Positions 1 to 12,825 are shown, counted from the stretch's first letter. The stretch is DNA of 64,000 bases from Harriotta raleighana (GCA_050575255.1 JBNZDD010013599.1:1863053-1927052); one strand, 5' to 3'. Notes: generated by a model not told the origin, from the letters alone. Numbers and translations: made by a program.

Positions 1-702
1 TCATATGTCTCTCTCATCATTTATGTTTCCTCGTGATTTCATTCTCATCTGATTTCCTTTACTCTCTCTACCTTTCAGATTCCCTCTCAGGCTCACATAT
101 CAGACAATCTCCATTTCTCAAGTTTTTTTTTAACATAACAACTACATAATAACTACCCCATTTTTTAGACTCTGGGAATTTATTCTTTCCTGAAAATCTC
201 CCGATTTCCATTTACCATATTCCAGCTCTTATTTTCTGTATCATCTGCCTTTGCTCGTGTATTCTCCATGGCTCTGTTCTCCGCCTTCTGGCTCCAATCC
301 CTAATATCTATTGGCTTTGAGTAAATGCATGAATACACAGAGAATGCAACTGCTAGAATTCTGTCACATCAAAACAGCCCTACATTAAAGCAAGAAATAT
401 TTGAAAACTTAAACTTTATTACTCAAACTCTCTTGAAAACAACTGTGAAGTGGGAGAATCTCTCAAATGATTACCTTATATTAACCTACATCAGGTAAGC
501 TTCAAAGCAAATTATTTCTTTCGCTACACACAAGTTGTTTCGAACTACAGTGTATCAAGATCACTGATAATTCAGAGGAAAGCTTAACAGTAAATCCATT
601 CCCTTTAACTAAAAAGGACACTGGATCATTTTGAGAGGCATTGCACTGCCTTGCTCACCTTTTCTCTTACTAATTTTGTCTTACAAATATAATAACTTGG
701 TC

Positions 703-825
703 GTACATATACAGTCAATTCACTTCACAGTACAGTAATATGCTGTGAAGGACTTTGAGACATGGTGAAGGTGCGATGAGGTGCGATATCAAATGCAAGC
801 ATTCTTCTTCTTCTTCTTATCATCA
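703..825 (+). mobile_element. 3' part of young tRNA-derived SINE (Deu-related segment + L2-like tail)
   Basis: tatacagtcaattcacttcacag...ctgtgaaggactttgagac...atcaaatgcaagcattcttcttc matches the 3' end of the full-length copies at 34592-34948 and 48310-48625. Confidence 0.85.
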
Positions 826-3800
826 CGTCAGTCAAGATCTTTCAAAGCACTTTGGGGGAATTACTGTAAAGTGTAGCATTTGTATGTGCAGGCAAACTTT
901 TTCCCCTAGGTTTGACAGCACTGTGAAATCGACCTCTCGACACAGTACTGTACATTTGAGAGCTTGAGTGTAACAACGAGCACTTGACTACTGACAGTAG
1001 ACTGAACGAACAATGTGCACTCCCTTGCATTGCTACAAAACATCCGGTATAAAACTGACCAGCCTTTCCTTCCCCTATTGTTTTTCTGCCCCTAAAAATA
1101 GATGCGAACGCATTGCATCCGAAAAGGTGCGGGCGGGTGGGAGAGGGGTGGAGGGGGGGGGGGAGGGTTTGGTGGGGCTGGAGTGGGGGGGGGGAGAGAA
1201 GAAGAATGATTTATGGGCGATCTATTCCTAGGCACAGGACAACAATAAAAAAAATTCTGTCAGAATCTAAAACAGTAAACAACACTTTCCTCTATCGATT
1301 GTAGAAATCATACCAGCACTTTTGATCCGCAGAAATAAGAGTAAAAGTGCAGGGTTGAACACATACGTCCCGCAATTGTCTTAACAGTAATGTCAGGATT
1401 ATCCTCCTTAATTTGCCAGATAAAACAGTACAAATTCCACTGAGGTATGCACCTATCAAGTTGAAGGAAAAGGTCAGCTAGAAAACAGGACTGAAGTAAA
1501 ACACTACAGGTCATATGGTTTGGAGACTTTGATACAAATAAAAGCTCCTGGTTTGGGTTCAGTGGCGCTCGTTTAATTGGCGGACTGCGTCCCGCAAAGC
1601 AGCAACTGTTTTAGTGTTTCTCTATGTAGGCAGCAGGCTGTCAGGTTTCACTTAATATGCTGTTTACCTCAGAAAGCCTGTTCAGATGGATACAACAGTT
1701 GAAACAGATCTGGAGTTATTGTTCTAAATCTTGCTCACTTGACAGAAATGTGTATTTCTTGACATATTATCTGCATCTTACTCCTGGGCAAACTCCCGAC
1801 AAAGGATTTCGGAGAAGGCAGAATAATTTAATGTCTGAGAAGAGTGGGGGGGGGAGGGGGGTGGGCTCCTATCTGATCTGGCACAAATCCCAGTACATTA
1901 GTAGATCTGCCTCACTGCTGATATTAGTAGGTGGTCTTGTTCCCATCCGAACAATGTTGTTATTCCTTCTGTCACGCAGCAATAGGATTTGAGTTTTTTT
2001 TTTTCTTTGCTCACCTCGTGCAACCAAACATCTCAGGCTCAAAGTCAGTGGTCAGGGCTTCTTGCACAGCATTAACTGGAAAGGGGTGGGTGGGTGGTGG
2101 GGGGGTGGTGGGTTATTATGCAAACCCGATGCTGGCGATGGTAGTTGATAACACAAGTCATCTACAGCTTGCGTTCTGAAGCCGCGAACTAGAATGAAGC
2201 GAAGCTCAAGTCGATGTCTGAAAGGTTAACCTCTTCAGACACAACCTTCAGAATAACGCGTCTGCTCTGATCCGAACCATCTCTGTTGTAATTAAGAGTC
2301 AGAATATTACCTGCTTTCTCTACTTCGTGTGTGGATTGACCTGCTCTGGATGCCTAGAATTTTTGTTTGACATTTCCAGCATGTGGAGGGTTATTTGTTT
2401 TTCGTTGTTTTGATTTCTGACACTGAAATGTGAACTGAATGCTGCACCTTGAGGGGTGAAATTTAAACTTTCTGATCTTATAGACGGTAGGAGGAAATGA
2501 TTTTCCCCTTCTACATTTTGCAAGTTGTCCAAACCCGAGTTGGGGAGACAGTCAACACCATCGTTATGTAATGCGGAGAATTGCCTAAATAAGACCACAG
2601 AAACAGAATAGAAATACTGTACATTCGAAAATTTCTTTTTGGGGGTGCAGATATATGAGAGTAATCTCAAAAGATTAAAATCAAACAGAACTCACGGGCC
2701 ATGATAAAAAAAAGTACCATTAAGATGACTAACTGAACAAGAGGTAATTGTATTCTAAGTGCATCCATTCCGTTGGTTATAGTTTGTGGCATATATTTTG
2801 TAGGATGAACATTGTTTAGATGTGCACAATATTGTAAGTGTCATCCCAGTTACGTTCCCCCCCCCCCAGCCCCCACCCCACCCATCCCTGGAATAGAAAA
2901 GGTTTTTAAACTCTTTTGATATGAAAACCCAGATGCTCTTGGCAGCTAACAAAATAAAATCTGCTCAAGGCCAGACTACAAGCGTTGCGATAAATTCAGA
3001 ACCGATGGAAGAATACAAGCATGAAATACACACGGCGAACTGAAAACTCTCGGGTCAATTTCAGCGTGTTTCCTAACATTGTGCTTTTGGCTGTAATACA
3101 GCCAAGTTCAAAGCTGTGAATTGCATCCACCAACCCATTGTACAATTCATTATTGTTCTCCAAAAGTGATTTACTGCTGCAGCGGTGTCATGATGAACTT
3201 ATTAAGAAATAAGCAATTGTTAAAAGAAAATGGTATTTATTATGCACAATACGTGACATGGGCTGCAAAGGCTGCTCAGCTACAGGAAATAGTGGACGCA
3301 CTGTGACTTTCCTGCTTATTGGGTGAAGGCTCAAGTCATTTCACAGCATTAACCTCAATCTTCTCAAAGCACATGTTCTGGGGTCGCCAGTACTCACAGC
3401 TGTAGCGTTCCACAAGAGCTCGAGCTTTGGGAAGTAGTTGTCTGTTTAAAAACAACAATACCCAACGTGCTCTTGTATAAGATTACTTGAGCTTTCAGGA
3501 CAACCACACCACGGGAGTTATTTTATCTAGCGGTGAGCAGGACAGGCTCGCTCCGAGGCTGTAAATCTATATGGCGTTTCCTTTGAACAGATAGTGAAAC
3601 TCACTGCAGCTCAGGCCCACAAATGGATGTAAATAATACAATCTGCCTCGCCTGGTGCTGTAGGTGATTGTAAACACTCCACACAGCCCCTTCCCATAGC
3701 TGGATAATGAAGAGTGAGTGGATACCTCACTCAGTCCACAGTTCTACAGCGAGACAGTAAAACGAAATCAGTATTTCACATCACCGAGTTCCATAGGTGC

Positions 3801-4255
3801 TTCATGTCTGTGTCTCTCTTTCAGATCTTGTGTTGTATTTGGTAATATTGCCCCTGAAAGGACTTACATATTTTATTCTTTCCTGTAAAACATCAGGGGC
3901 ATGATGTACAGTACCTGCTAAGATTTTCACCAGTTCCTTCCTGCTCCCACCGTGTTCACTTATTTTTTAAAACTTCATATTACAGCACATTAATATTGCG
4001 TTCAACTGTACAGCATTCTCAGTTCCATGCCTCTGGTAAGATTAGTGGAATCTATGCTGCTCATTTCAATTCATTTGTCCAATCTCTACACCGTACACTG
4101 ATCAGTATAAATCATATTGACCCACTCAAGTACACCCTTGCCCTCAAATGATCACAAGATTGGTTGGGGTAAAGAATCCCCTTCAGCCTAGCCCAGCCCG
4201 AGCTCACCCTTCTAGAATATCTTCCCGACTGTGTTACATTGATCTCCTGCCTGGA

Positions 4256-4323
4256 AACAACAACAACAACAAAATTACACTTATTGAGCGCGTTTCACGT
4301 CAGGAGGACGTCCCAAGGCGCTG
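4256..4323 (-). mobile_element. Young L2 LINE 3' end (heavily 5'-truncated) with (TGT)n tail
   Basis: Reverse complement cagcgccttgggacgtcctcctgacgtgaaacgcgctcaataagtgtaattttgttgttg is nearly identical to the L2 end at 62230-62305. Confidence 0.88.
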
Positions 4324-4442
4324 AAACAAGGGTATCTTGGGTGGTGCTTTGCTATTGTGAAAGCCTTTCTCTTAAACCTATTAATTTATGACTTGGGGGG
4401 GGGGAAGGGTGGAGTCCATTGGAAACATATCAGTCATGCAAT

Positions 4443-4487
4443 AACAACAACAAAATTACATTGGGAGGACTTCCCAAGATGCTGATC
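4443..4487 (-). mobile_element. Degenerate L2 3' tail
   Basis: aacaacaacaaaattacattgggaggacttcccaagatgctg, a deleted version of the same tail. Confidence 0.65.
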
Positions 4488-5469
4488 TAGGTAAGTGATA
4501 GACCTTTCTCACACTGAAAGCTCTCACATCATTCTTTCCCGGGGAATGTTCGAGCTTGTATGTCGAAGGCGGATTTTCATTCCGTGGCTTTCGAATTGAA
4601 TGCATCAGGGGCAAAAAAAACAAAAAAACTGCTGCGGATTAATCAAACTCTGCGTTTTGATGCCTGAGATAGGCAGTTTGCAGAGAAACTAGGTAAATAA
4701 ACAAAGGCAACTCGGTATTGGGTGGGCTGTTGGGGTTGAGTGGAGTGGATCCTTATGCGAAATAAGGCAGGGCAAAGTTTTTAAAAGCTTGTCGGAGCGC
4801 TCTACCTCTGTTAAGCGCTTTGAGATGTGCTACACAGATGCAAGTTGTGGATGTTGTTGCTGATGGAACGAGGAAAGGGAAGACAAACAGAGTCGTGGTC
4901 TTAATATGATAAAAACAAAATGGTTCCAAATGAGAGAAGGCAGAGAATAGAGGATCAAATATTAAACGGCAGGTATTCTGCTCAGGAATCAGGCAGCAGT
5001 GATCGAAGAGTCTCTGTGGTTTGGCCAGTCATACACCATTCAATTCTCCCAAGCTAAGGTTGTTAAATGACTAAGATTTAGATGAATATTTAACGCCGAG
5101 CAGATTTTTTAATGTTCATTTAAGGGTTTGAAAATTAACCTAGAAATGCAATTTGGACCCTTGTCAGCCTCTATAATTTCAGAAAAGTTAACTCTTTTTA
5201 AGATCTACTTTTTGCCTGAACAATAAAGTCATTTTACTAGTGCATCTTACTGAACAGGTTTAAGAGCTCACAATTCAGAACATGTTTGAGCATCACTTTT
5301 TTTTTGTTAATTTCAGCAATTCTTCCTTTTTCACAATTGGGAATTTCTCACAACGTCTCTTTTTTTCCTCTTCCCATGATCAATTGACATGTACAAATTA
5401 TTTTTTTAAAAAAAAAAACACAGACCTCATGAGGTCTAATTGCTATCTTGGCAAACCCCCAACATCACC

Positions 5470-5900
5470 CAAATCTGCTCCCACGCCTCTAGTCACCTCT
5501 AGACTCGACTTTGTCAGTGCCCAATTTGCTGGTCTTTCCAATGCAACCCTCCGTAGATCATCCAAAATCCTATGCTTTTATTCTTTCCTCATTGCCAGAC
5601 TCCACAAGCCCATCCACCCTCAACAGACTCCACTGGCATCCTATCACCAGGACTATCTTTAACGTCCTCATTCGAACTTTCAAATCCTTTCCCTACCTCA
5701 TCTCTGTGTTCCCTGGAGTATTACTGCCCCACCACTCTCTCTACTCTGCCAACTCTCGCCTACTCCACTTACCCACCTACTTTGGCTTACTTTTAGTGAG
5801 TGAAGCTTCATTCAACACTTTGCAACTGTTTTCTGGAACCCTCTACCCATCCTCACGCTTTTAGTTTTCTAAAACCTACATCTTTGACTATCCCTTTGGT
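5470..5900 (+). mobile_element. Decayed L2 LINE ORF2 C-terminal fragment
   Basis: Frameshifted peptides LVTSRLDFVSAQFAGLSNATLRR and PSTLNRLHWHPITRTIFNVLIRTFKSFPYL match the L2 motifs SRLDYCN.LL.GL and L..LHWLP...RI.FK; ends with a KTYIFD-like motif. Confidence 0.88.
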
Positions 5901-5914
5901 CATTCCATCTCTGT

Positions 5915-6340
5915 AACAACAACAACAACAAAATTACATTTGTATAGGACACCTAGAAAGGTTTGCCTGCCAATGGTGGGATGGGTGGGTCGGGGGACAT
6001 GGAACAGGCCAGAGCCCACTGAGCGGAGGGACAGGTTGTTAGGGGGTTAGGAGGCTGCAGAGGAAGGGGGGGGTGGTGCGCAATGCCATGGAGGGCTTTA
6101 AAGATGACAATTGGGATCTTGCATTAAATGCACTGAGTCGATGGGAAGCAGGTGGAGAGGGGGCGAGAATGGCAGTGATAGTCATGGAGCATGGTGCGGG
6201 AGAAGAAATGGGCTGCAGAGAAATGGGCTGATCTACAGCCTATAGAGAGAGAAATTGGGGAGGCAGACAAGCAGGGTGTTGGCATAGTCGAGCCTGGACA
6301 TGTTGAAGGCACGAATGAGAGTTTTAGCAGCCTGAGGGGT
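5915..6340 (-). mobile_element. Decayed L2 LINE ORF2 3' fragment with (TGT)n tail
   Basis: Minus strand encodes KTLIRAFNMSRLDYANTLLVCLP; terminal aatgtaattttgttgttgttg tail at 5915-5945. Confidence 0.88.
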
Positions 6341-6358
6341 GATGTAGTAGTTAGTAGT

Positions 6359-6384
6359 GGGGGGGGGGGGGGGGGGGGGGGGGG
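6359..6384. repeat. Poly-G tract
   Basis: Homopolymer seen directly. Confidence 0.9.
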
Positions 6385-7414
6385 AGTGTAGAGGTTTTTG
6401 AGATATCTAACTACATGGGTGGCTGTGTAAAAGTGAAAGCAGTTGTGAAATTGCATACCACATTAAGTCACTATTAGGTCATGATTTAAAAGGATTTGCT
6501 CTGGATTCAGATTTTTTTTTATATCATTTTTTAAAACCTCTCAAATTAACAATTTGTCAATTGGGAGTTAATGCAAGCTCCAAAATATCTGTGTGTTTCC
6601 CCGTCATGGAGCGAGGGTGGTCTTGTTTTGCACATGACTGTACGTACGCTGGATCCTTTACAAACAAGACTTCAGTGCTGTAAGGGTTAAACGCTGATGA
6701 AAGGTAGATTGACAGTCGGATGCCCAACAGCTTACAGAAACACATTCCGATGGAAAACCTAAAAGGAGAGGATGGAAAGGAGAAACCCCCAAAACACATT
6801 AAAACCATATCACACTATTTTCTCTGCAAACCTACTAAAGCACGGTCTAAATAAAGGAAAGAAAACAGTCAAACATATTATTGTACGCTCCTAAAATAGA
6901 CGCCGTAAGCCAACTTGTGCACAATCTGAATGAGTGGTAATGATGCATATCTATCCGAAAGCAGGACACAGCTGATAAAACAGACAGCTCATCATAGGAA
7001 ATATTGGTTGCTGCATATGCACTTCACACATCTCTCTCTCTCTCTCTGTTCTCCTTTAATGATATAAGATTGAGCACACCCTTGGCCATGGGTCATTCCT
7101 GTGACTCCAAACATCTTCTCTGGAATGGAAATCACTTCATATGACTTGGGGACGATTATTTTGGGGATAATTTAATCATTCAGAAGAAAACACTACCTAT
7201 TCAGTGAAATTGAACTATGCTGGCAGGTTTATAGAGGACCATGAAGTTTATAAGGGTGGCCAATAGTTGAAAGGAAATTTAATATTTTACATAAGCTATA
7301 CATATTTTGGCCTTTCCAAGCTGTCTACACATATGGAATCAATGACATCTGCTCTAATATAGTTAAAACTTCTACATGCCTTTCTTAATACTCACAGGTA
7401 ATGGTAATATTTTG

Positions 7415-7830
7415 AAATAGATCCTTATATCAAAGCATCTCAATGCGCTTGAAGTGTTCCTGTAAAATGTAGTGACTGTATATTTGTGGGCAGCCAATTT
7501 CCACAAAGCAAGTTCCCACAAGCAACCATAAAGTGAATGAGAAATTTAACTGCAGGATCGTTGGCCAGGACACTGGGGAGGGGGGAAGAGAGGAGGGAAT
7601 TCCTTTCTCTTTACAAATAATGTCAATGGGATCTTCAACATCCACCAGAACAAGCTGGCAGGACTTTAGTTTAACATTTCATCCATCGGACAGCATCTCC
7701 TCCAAAGTAGCAGTTACTCCCAGCACCGCAACGTCAATCTAAATGATGAGCTCGAAATCTTGTCACTGGGCTTGATCCTACAACCTAGTGACTTTGAGAC
7801 AAGACTGCTACCAATTCAACCAGGCTGACC
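7415..7830 (-). mobile_element. Old near full-length DeuSINE (SacSINE1-like)
   Basis: Minus strand: tRNA-like head ggtcagcctggttgaattggtagcagt...ggttgtaggatcaagccc; Deu core gatgaaatgttaaact...gtggatgttgaagatcccattgacattatttg...cagtgtcctggccaac; 3' aaattggctgcc...cagtcactaca...aagcgcattgaga. Confidence 0.88.
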
Positions 7831-8901
7831 CCAGTAGTTATCATTTTGTTTGAAAAACGTTTGCTCTACTCACAGTTCTGACATAGAGAGATTCAATTGA
7901 ACACGTGGCTGGAGATGAAGGAGCGAAGATAAAAAAAAAAGGTGGATTTCAATTCCCCCCCGGGAGCTTTCCCGATTGTTGGAAGAAAGTAAATAAGATA
8001 TCTGGACTACACACGTGAAGATTTGTGGGCTGAATCACAATCATTATCAGTTGCAAGTACAACCTTTCATTTAGCTCTGTTATTGATAGCAGGCCAGGCT
8101 ATTTTTGACACTCTAATTGGAGATTTTTCTGGCATCAGCCTCTATACTGTGGGCAGCCATATGTTTTAAGTTACTAATAACCTTGTCAGAAGTGGCACAT
8201 TTGTCACATTACAAACTGAGGGACTGCAAGTCACCAAAAGTGCAAGGAACTGTGCTTATACTGCTGCCGTCAGTCCCCTCGGGGTTTTGAGGGCCATTTA
8301 TTACACACACGTGGAACTGTTGCTTTCAGAGAATGACGTTCGTGTTGAATAAAGGAGGGCATCATTTTGTGAACGGATGTACGATGCCAACCTGTGCTCT
8401 ACGGGCTGTCGCCTGTCATTGCACTTCATTCTGATCAAATGCTCCCAGTTCAGAAAGATTTACCAGGGGCAAATCTTCCTGGAATGTCAAGTGGGGGGCG
8501 GGGAGTGAGGGGTCGGGGGAGGGAGAAATTTAGGGGAGAGGAACGGTTGTAACCCCTGATATTCTGGCAAGCGACTTCAATGTTACATCCACACAATCCT
8601 GCCAAGGAAACAGAGACAGTAATAAGGCACATTGGTCTGACAGTAACCTAATTGGGGTGTTTAAGATGCGCGACACAGTGTGGGGCAGAACAGCCCACAG
8701 AAGATCTTATACCATCACTGTGGCCTATTGCGCCCTGTACGCATCATGGGATCATGTTTGAGCTTACAGAAGAGAAATGAACACACTGTAGACACTCTGG
8801 CAGAACCATGGGAATAGTGTTGCACTAATTGAGCGGTGTATTTATTAAGTCTGCAGATATTCTGTGTGAGCACTGCCTTGCTTCCTGGGTTTCACCACCG
8901 T

Positions 8902-8902
<1 letters not shown>

Positions 8903-8944
<42 letters not shown>

Positions 8945-8968
8945 NNNNCCCCCCCCCCCCCCACCCCC
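8903..8968. repeat. Poly-C tract containing a 4-N gap
   Basis: Homopolymer seen directly, Ns at 8945-8948. Confidence 0.9.
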
Positions 8969-8984
8969 TCCGCAAACCCTCCAA

Positions 8985-9230
8985 ATGATGCCCGGGATCC
9001 CCTAAACAGGAATTTATGGCGTGAAAAGAAAACGAATTATATTCTTTCAAAAGACGCACGAGATCGACACAATACTGTCCAAAATACAGCTGCGTCTCCT
9101 CGGCCAGTACTGACCACAATAGGCTCGGCAGTAAAATCCCACAAAGCACTTTAACATATTCTTCCGACTGCAAAAGGCTCTGTCCGAAATGCAAGGATTA
9201 TTATTCTCATTCTTCTTCTTCTTATTATTA
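8985..9230 (+). mobile_element. Highly degenerate SINE 3' half
   Basis: Ends in aaagcacttt...aaatgcaaggattattattctc(ttc)n like the SINE tails elsewhere in the window; upstream similarity is weak. Confidence 0.55.
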
Positions 9231-12200
9231 TAATTGCTTGCTTTGGAAATATGAGGTACATTCTTGGGTTCACCAAGCTTCCGTAGGCAACCCCCAGTAC
9301 GGATGAAAGGATAACCTGTTTTGATTCAGTCGTGCAGTTGGAAGCATTCAGTTGACCCTCACCCTCAACCACCTGGCCTGCGTCAGCAATTCTGAAGGAC
9401 ACGAGAGAACGTCTCGGGGCTGCTCGTTCTGATGGAACGTTTACCAACACCACTCGTTTGTAAAGTCATCGCTGTCTCTACTTTGGCCATCAGTCTCTCA
9501 TTTCGCTCTGTTTTCCACAGCGAGCTCCAGAATTTGCGTGATTGATGCTGGCAGCACCCAGAGGAATCACATACACCTGCAGACGAGCAATTTTGGCTGG
9601 ACAAGTTGATCATTACTTAGGGCACTTTGGAGTCATTCAAGCGTTTAACAAAGAAAACACTGTGACGGATAGTGTGACGGAGCGGATATTAATTTGGTGG
9701 ACGCTGTCCTCTGAACCAGCCGATATTTGCAAATGTGGCATTTGTTGAAAGAAAGAACTATTTTCGCAATCACTGGTGGTGACGTGAAATGCCTCAACAC
9801 TGACTGGTGTTACGTGCCCCGCGACTTCCCGCGGAGGGTATTCATTCCAGAGCGGAAAAGATTAAGACGAATACGATCGGATGTTTCGACTCAGTCATGC
9901 AGCAAAGGTGACTAATGAGCATTTAAAAATGTTAAGAGGTGTTTACCAAGCACACGATTTTAGAGAATCTGATACAAGCAGAATCTCTATCACGCAAAAG
10001 AGTCTTCCCCTTATCTTATGATGACATTGAAGTCGTGAAACGCTATTTCTCATCTTGTGGCAGTCTTTACCTCCTGGCTGGTAATAATCAATTTGCAAGC
10101 TCTTTGCTACTCGATTACAGGCAAGGCGAAGTTTCTATCCGAACATTTTCTCTGCAGATTGTAGTCTAGGGTAAATTGTCTGTGGATGGAATGAGCTGGA
10201 TGGATTTTCCCTCTGAACCACACCACCCTCTGTTTCGCTCACCCCCCCCCCAATCCCCTCCTTTCCCTCCACCCTCCCAGCTCGGGGATGCAACTAATTT
10301 ACGACGCTGATGTTGAGGAGAAAATTGATCGTCGCTGAACAAGGTACACTAAAGCACTATTGAGTTACTGTATTTTTTCCCAAATCAAAAGTGTTTAAAT
10401 CACCAAACTTCTCTTTGTCTCCAAACCTCGGGAACAAATAAATGTCCCATTAGTACCAACGCGTAAACCAGCAGCGGAATACACAATGCCTGAATGTTTC
10501 CCTCACTTCCAATATTACATATTCATTGACATTTTCCTCCTTTGTTATCCCCCACCCCAAAATGGATCAGTTCGGCTTTGATTGCTGATACGTGTAGGCT
10601 GTTCAGTAACACATGGCAGCTGCCATCTTTCAAGAGAGAGAACAAAAAAAACCACGTGAAAACAGTACACTGTGTACGTTACATCAAAGAACAGATGGCC
10701 ACGAGGTACTATAGAAGCAGGGGGACACACGAATCCCTCATTGCGTCTCGTGTGCATGTTCCGTGGACAAAAGTGAACCAGAGGAAAACATACAACTGCA
10801 CATCAGAACCTGGCCAGATGGCTATTCAGTGCATCTTTTGCTTCGTGTCGCCCCCATCGTAGAGGCTTTTCATCGGTACCTGATTAACATTTAAAACGCA
10901 GCGGAACGAAAACTCTTTTTTGTTCCTGAAAGTTTGCGACAGGCGGCCAAATCAAATGGAGAAGGATTATTATGTACAGTCTACTGTCCGCAACTACCAC
11001 AATGAAAATATTACCACTTTGGGGTATTCTGCTGGCAGCAACGGGTACAGGAAGACACTCAGCATGGGAGAGGCGTTCACTGAGGATAGTCGAGGATAGT
11101 CACGGATTATTAGGAGATAAATATCTGGCCCACGATGGGAACAGTAGCTCTTTCTGCTTTCTGAGGCAGCAAAGCTGTGACTCGATACAGTGACGATCAA
11201 ATGATATTAACGCTTTGCGTACAAAGGGTACAATAGTAGAGAGAGCACTTTTGGTAGTGCTTTGGAATTTCAGACTTGGAAGACGGCTTCGTTTTTAGAA
11301 AAAAATGACGAGGACGGTTTTTAGACGTCTCCTCGAAACCCAGCTGATAGGTCTCAATTCCTGCGTTCAAATCTTCATTGTGTGTCTTTTCCCACTGGGG
11401 CTGAAAATCTCACCAGATCTCGTTTGTTTATGCCTGGCTTTGCATAAACTAGACTTTCCAGCGTTAAAGTAGATTAGCGCGAATCTAATATGCCTTTCTT
11501 GTAAAACAATACCCTCCAATCACATGATCCTCTTCAGATAAAACTATTGCTCTTGTTAGCTGAGTGACTCTGAAAACCCTGCTCCTTCAGCTGCCTGGAG
11601 TTTTCAGCGGCTTTCACGCAACATTTTGTAGGGCGAATATACAGGGGTAAAAAAAAGAGGAAAGATTTTACTACCTGCTCCCTCAGGTAATAAACAAGCT
11701 CCAGATCTATAATCCGCTACTGATTGATAGGTGGCACAAAGCTGTTTCAAACACTTCACCAAGATTAAAGAGGAGGTGAAAGCAACCGAGGCTTCAAAAG
11801 GTTTGGCGAACACTGGGAGTTTCATCCACATGACACTGTGCAGTATCCTGTTTGAAAAATTCAGTTCAGCTCAATTAGAATCTAAGCCTAACCGCGAAAT
11901 ACACCTGAGCGTCCGATTGTAAAGCTGTGCCAGCTTTACAGCACATAAATCGAGCTGTCGTCCCCTCAGAAAAAAGGATGCATTTAAGAAAAAAATTTTG
12001 ATCGAAGCGAAGGAAACTGGTCTCGTTTTGAACGAAACGAGAAAGGTTTAGGAACTAATCCTGTGGGTGTCTAGCTTTTCTGCCTCGGAATAAGGAACCA
12101 ACGCAGCGTAAAGCACATTGGGTTAGATGTTCCTTCTCGAGGGAGTCTTATCGCACAATATTGGGCTGTTTTGCTCGGCAGGAATGGCCGCAAAGTTTCA

Positions 12201-12462
12201 GTTCTCAATTACCACTGGGTACTGCTTTCCTTTTTTTACCACTGTCACTGGTCACATGCCTGAAGCAAACACACGAAGAGCATTGCAGCCCAGTGTTATT
12301 TGGGTGTTTTAATCTGTTCATTACCACTAGGAGGCCAGGGAACAGATAACAGTCACGGAGAACGATTGTATTACTGGAGGTGAAAACCATTTCCAGGACT
12401 GAAGGAATTAACGGGCCCATTAATATAGCTAATATATTTTTATTGATTGGATTTGTACTCAT

Positions 12463-12553
12463 CAGTTAAAAGGCATTACTGTTGGGGAACTGAATAGATT
12501 TCTAAATCAGTTAAAGGACATTAGTGTTGGGAATTGGAAGATTTCTGCAACCA
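12463..12553. repeat. Two diverged tandem copies of a ~45-bp unit
   Basis: cagttaaaaggcattactgttggggaactgaatagatttct / cagttaaaggacattagtgttgggaattggaagatttct. Confidence 0.75.
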
Positions 12554-12709
12554 GTATCTGCATCAGGCGATGTCAGAAATAGCACAGTTCGAACCTTACA
12601 GGGAAGTACTGTATTCTCTGATCCGACCTTTTACCTCAACCCCAAAAGAGTTCTCAATCCCAAATGGGAGAAGGGGGAATGAGGGGTGGGGGTGATGGGG
12701 AGGGGGAAG

Positions 12710-12825
12710 ATGTTTAGCCAGGATACTAGGAGAATCTTCCTTCTATTTTTGAATACCATACTACCACTGGATCCTTAATGTCCACCTGATCAGAGAGACA
12801 GGATCTTGTTTAATGTCTCAGTTGA
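12710..12825 (-). mobile_element. DeuSINE core fragment
   Basis: gccaggatactaggagaa...ttttgaata...ggatccttaatgtccacctg...gtttaatgtctca is the reverse of the Deu core. Confidence 0.75.

Larger units (their letters stand above)
1367..4587 (-). other. Possible spliced transcript: exon-like segments 4587-4528, 3441-3398, (2584-2311), 1452-1367
   Basis: Each is flanked by AG and GT consensus sites; no recognisable protein. Confidence 0.2.

Noticed and set aside
1308-1358. Hairpin gcactttt...aaaagtgc with an AAAGUGC seed-like arm
   Set aside because: Only 8 contiguous pairs with several mismatches beyond; no match to a miR-17/302/430 mature sequence I know
7396-7459. Minus-strand exon-like segment (ttttacag...gtgagt)
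   Set aside because: Lies largely in the 3' end of a DeuSINE; splice signals likely fortuitous
9521-9608. Strong acceptor followed by ICVIDAGST, resembling NTPDase apyrase region 1
   Set aside because: Following residues do not fit the motif (G.R..VY), the frame stops shortly after, and no other NTPDase exons are visible
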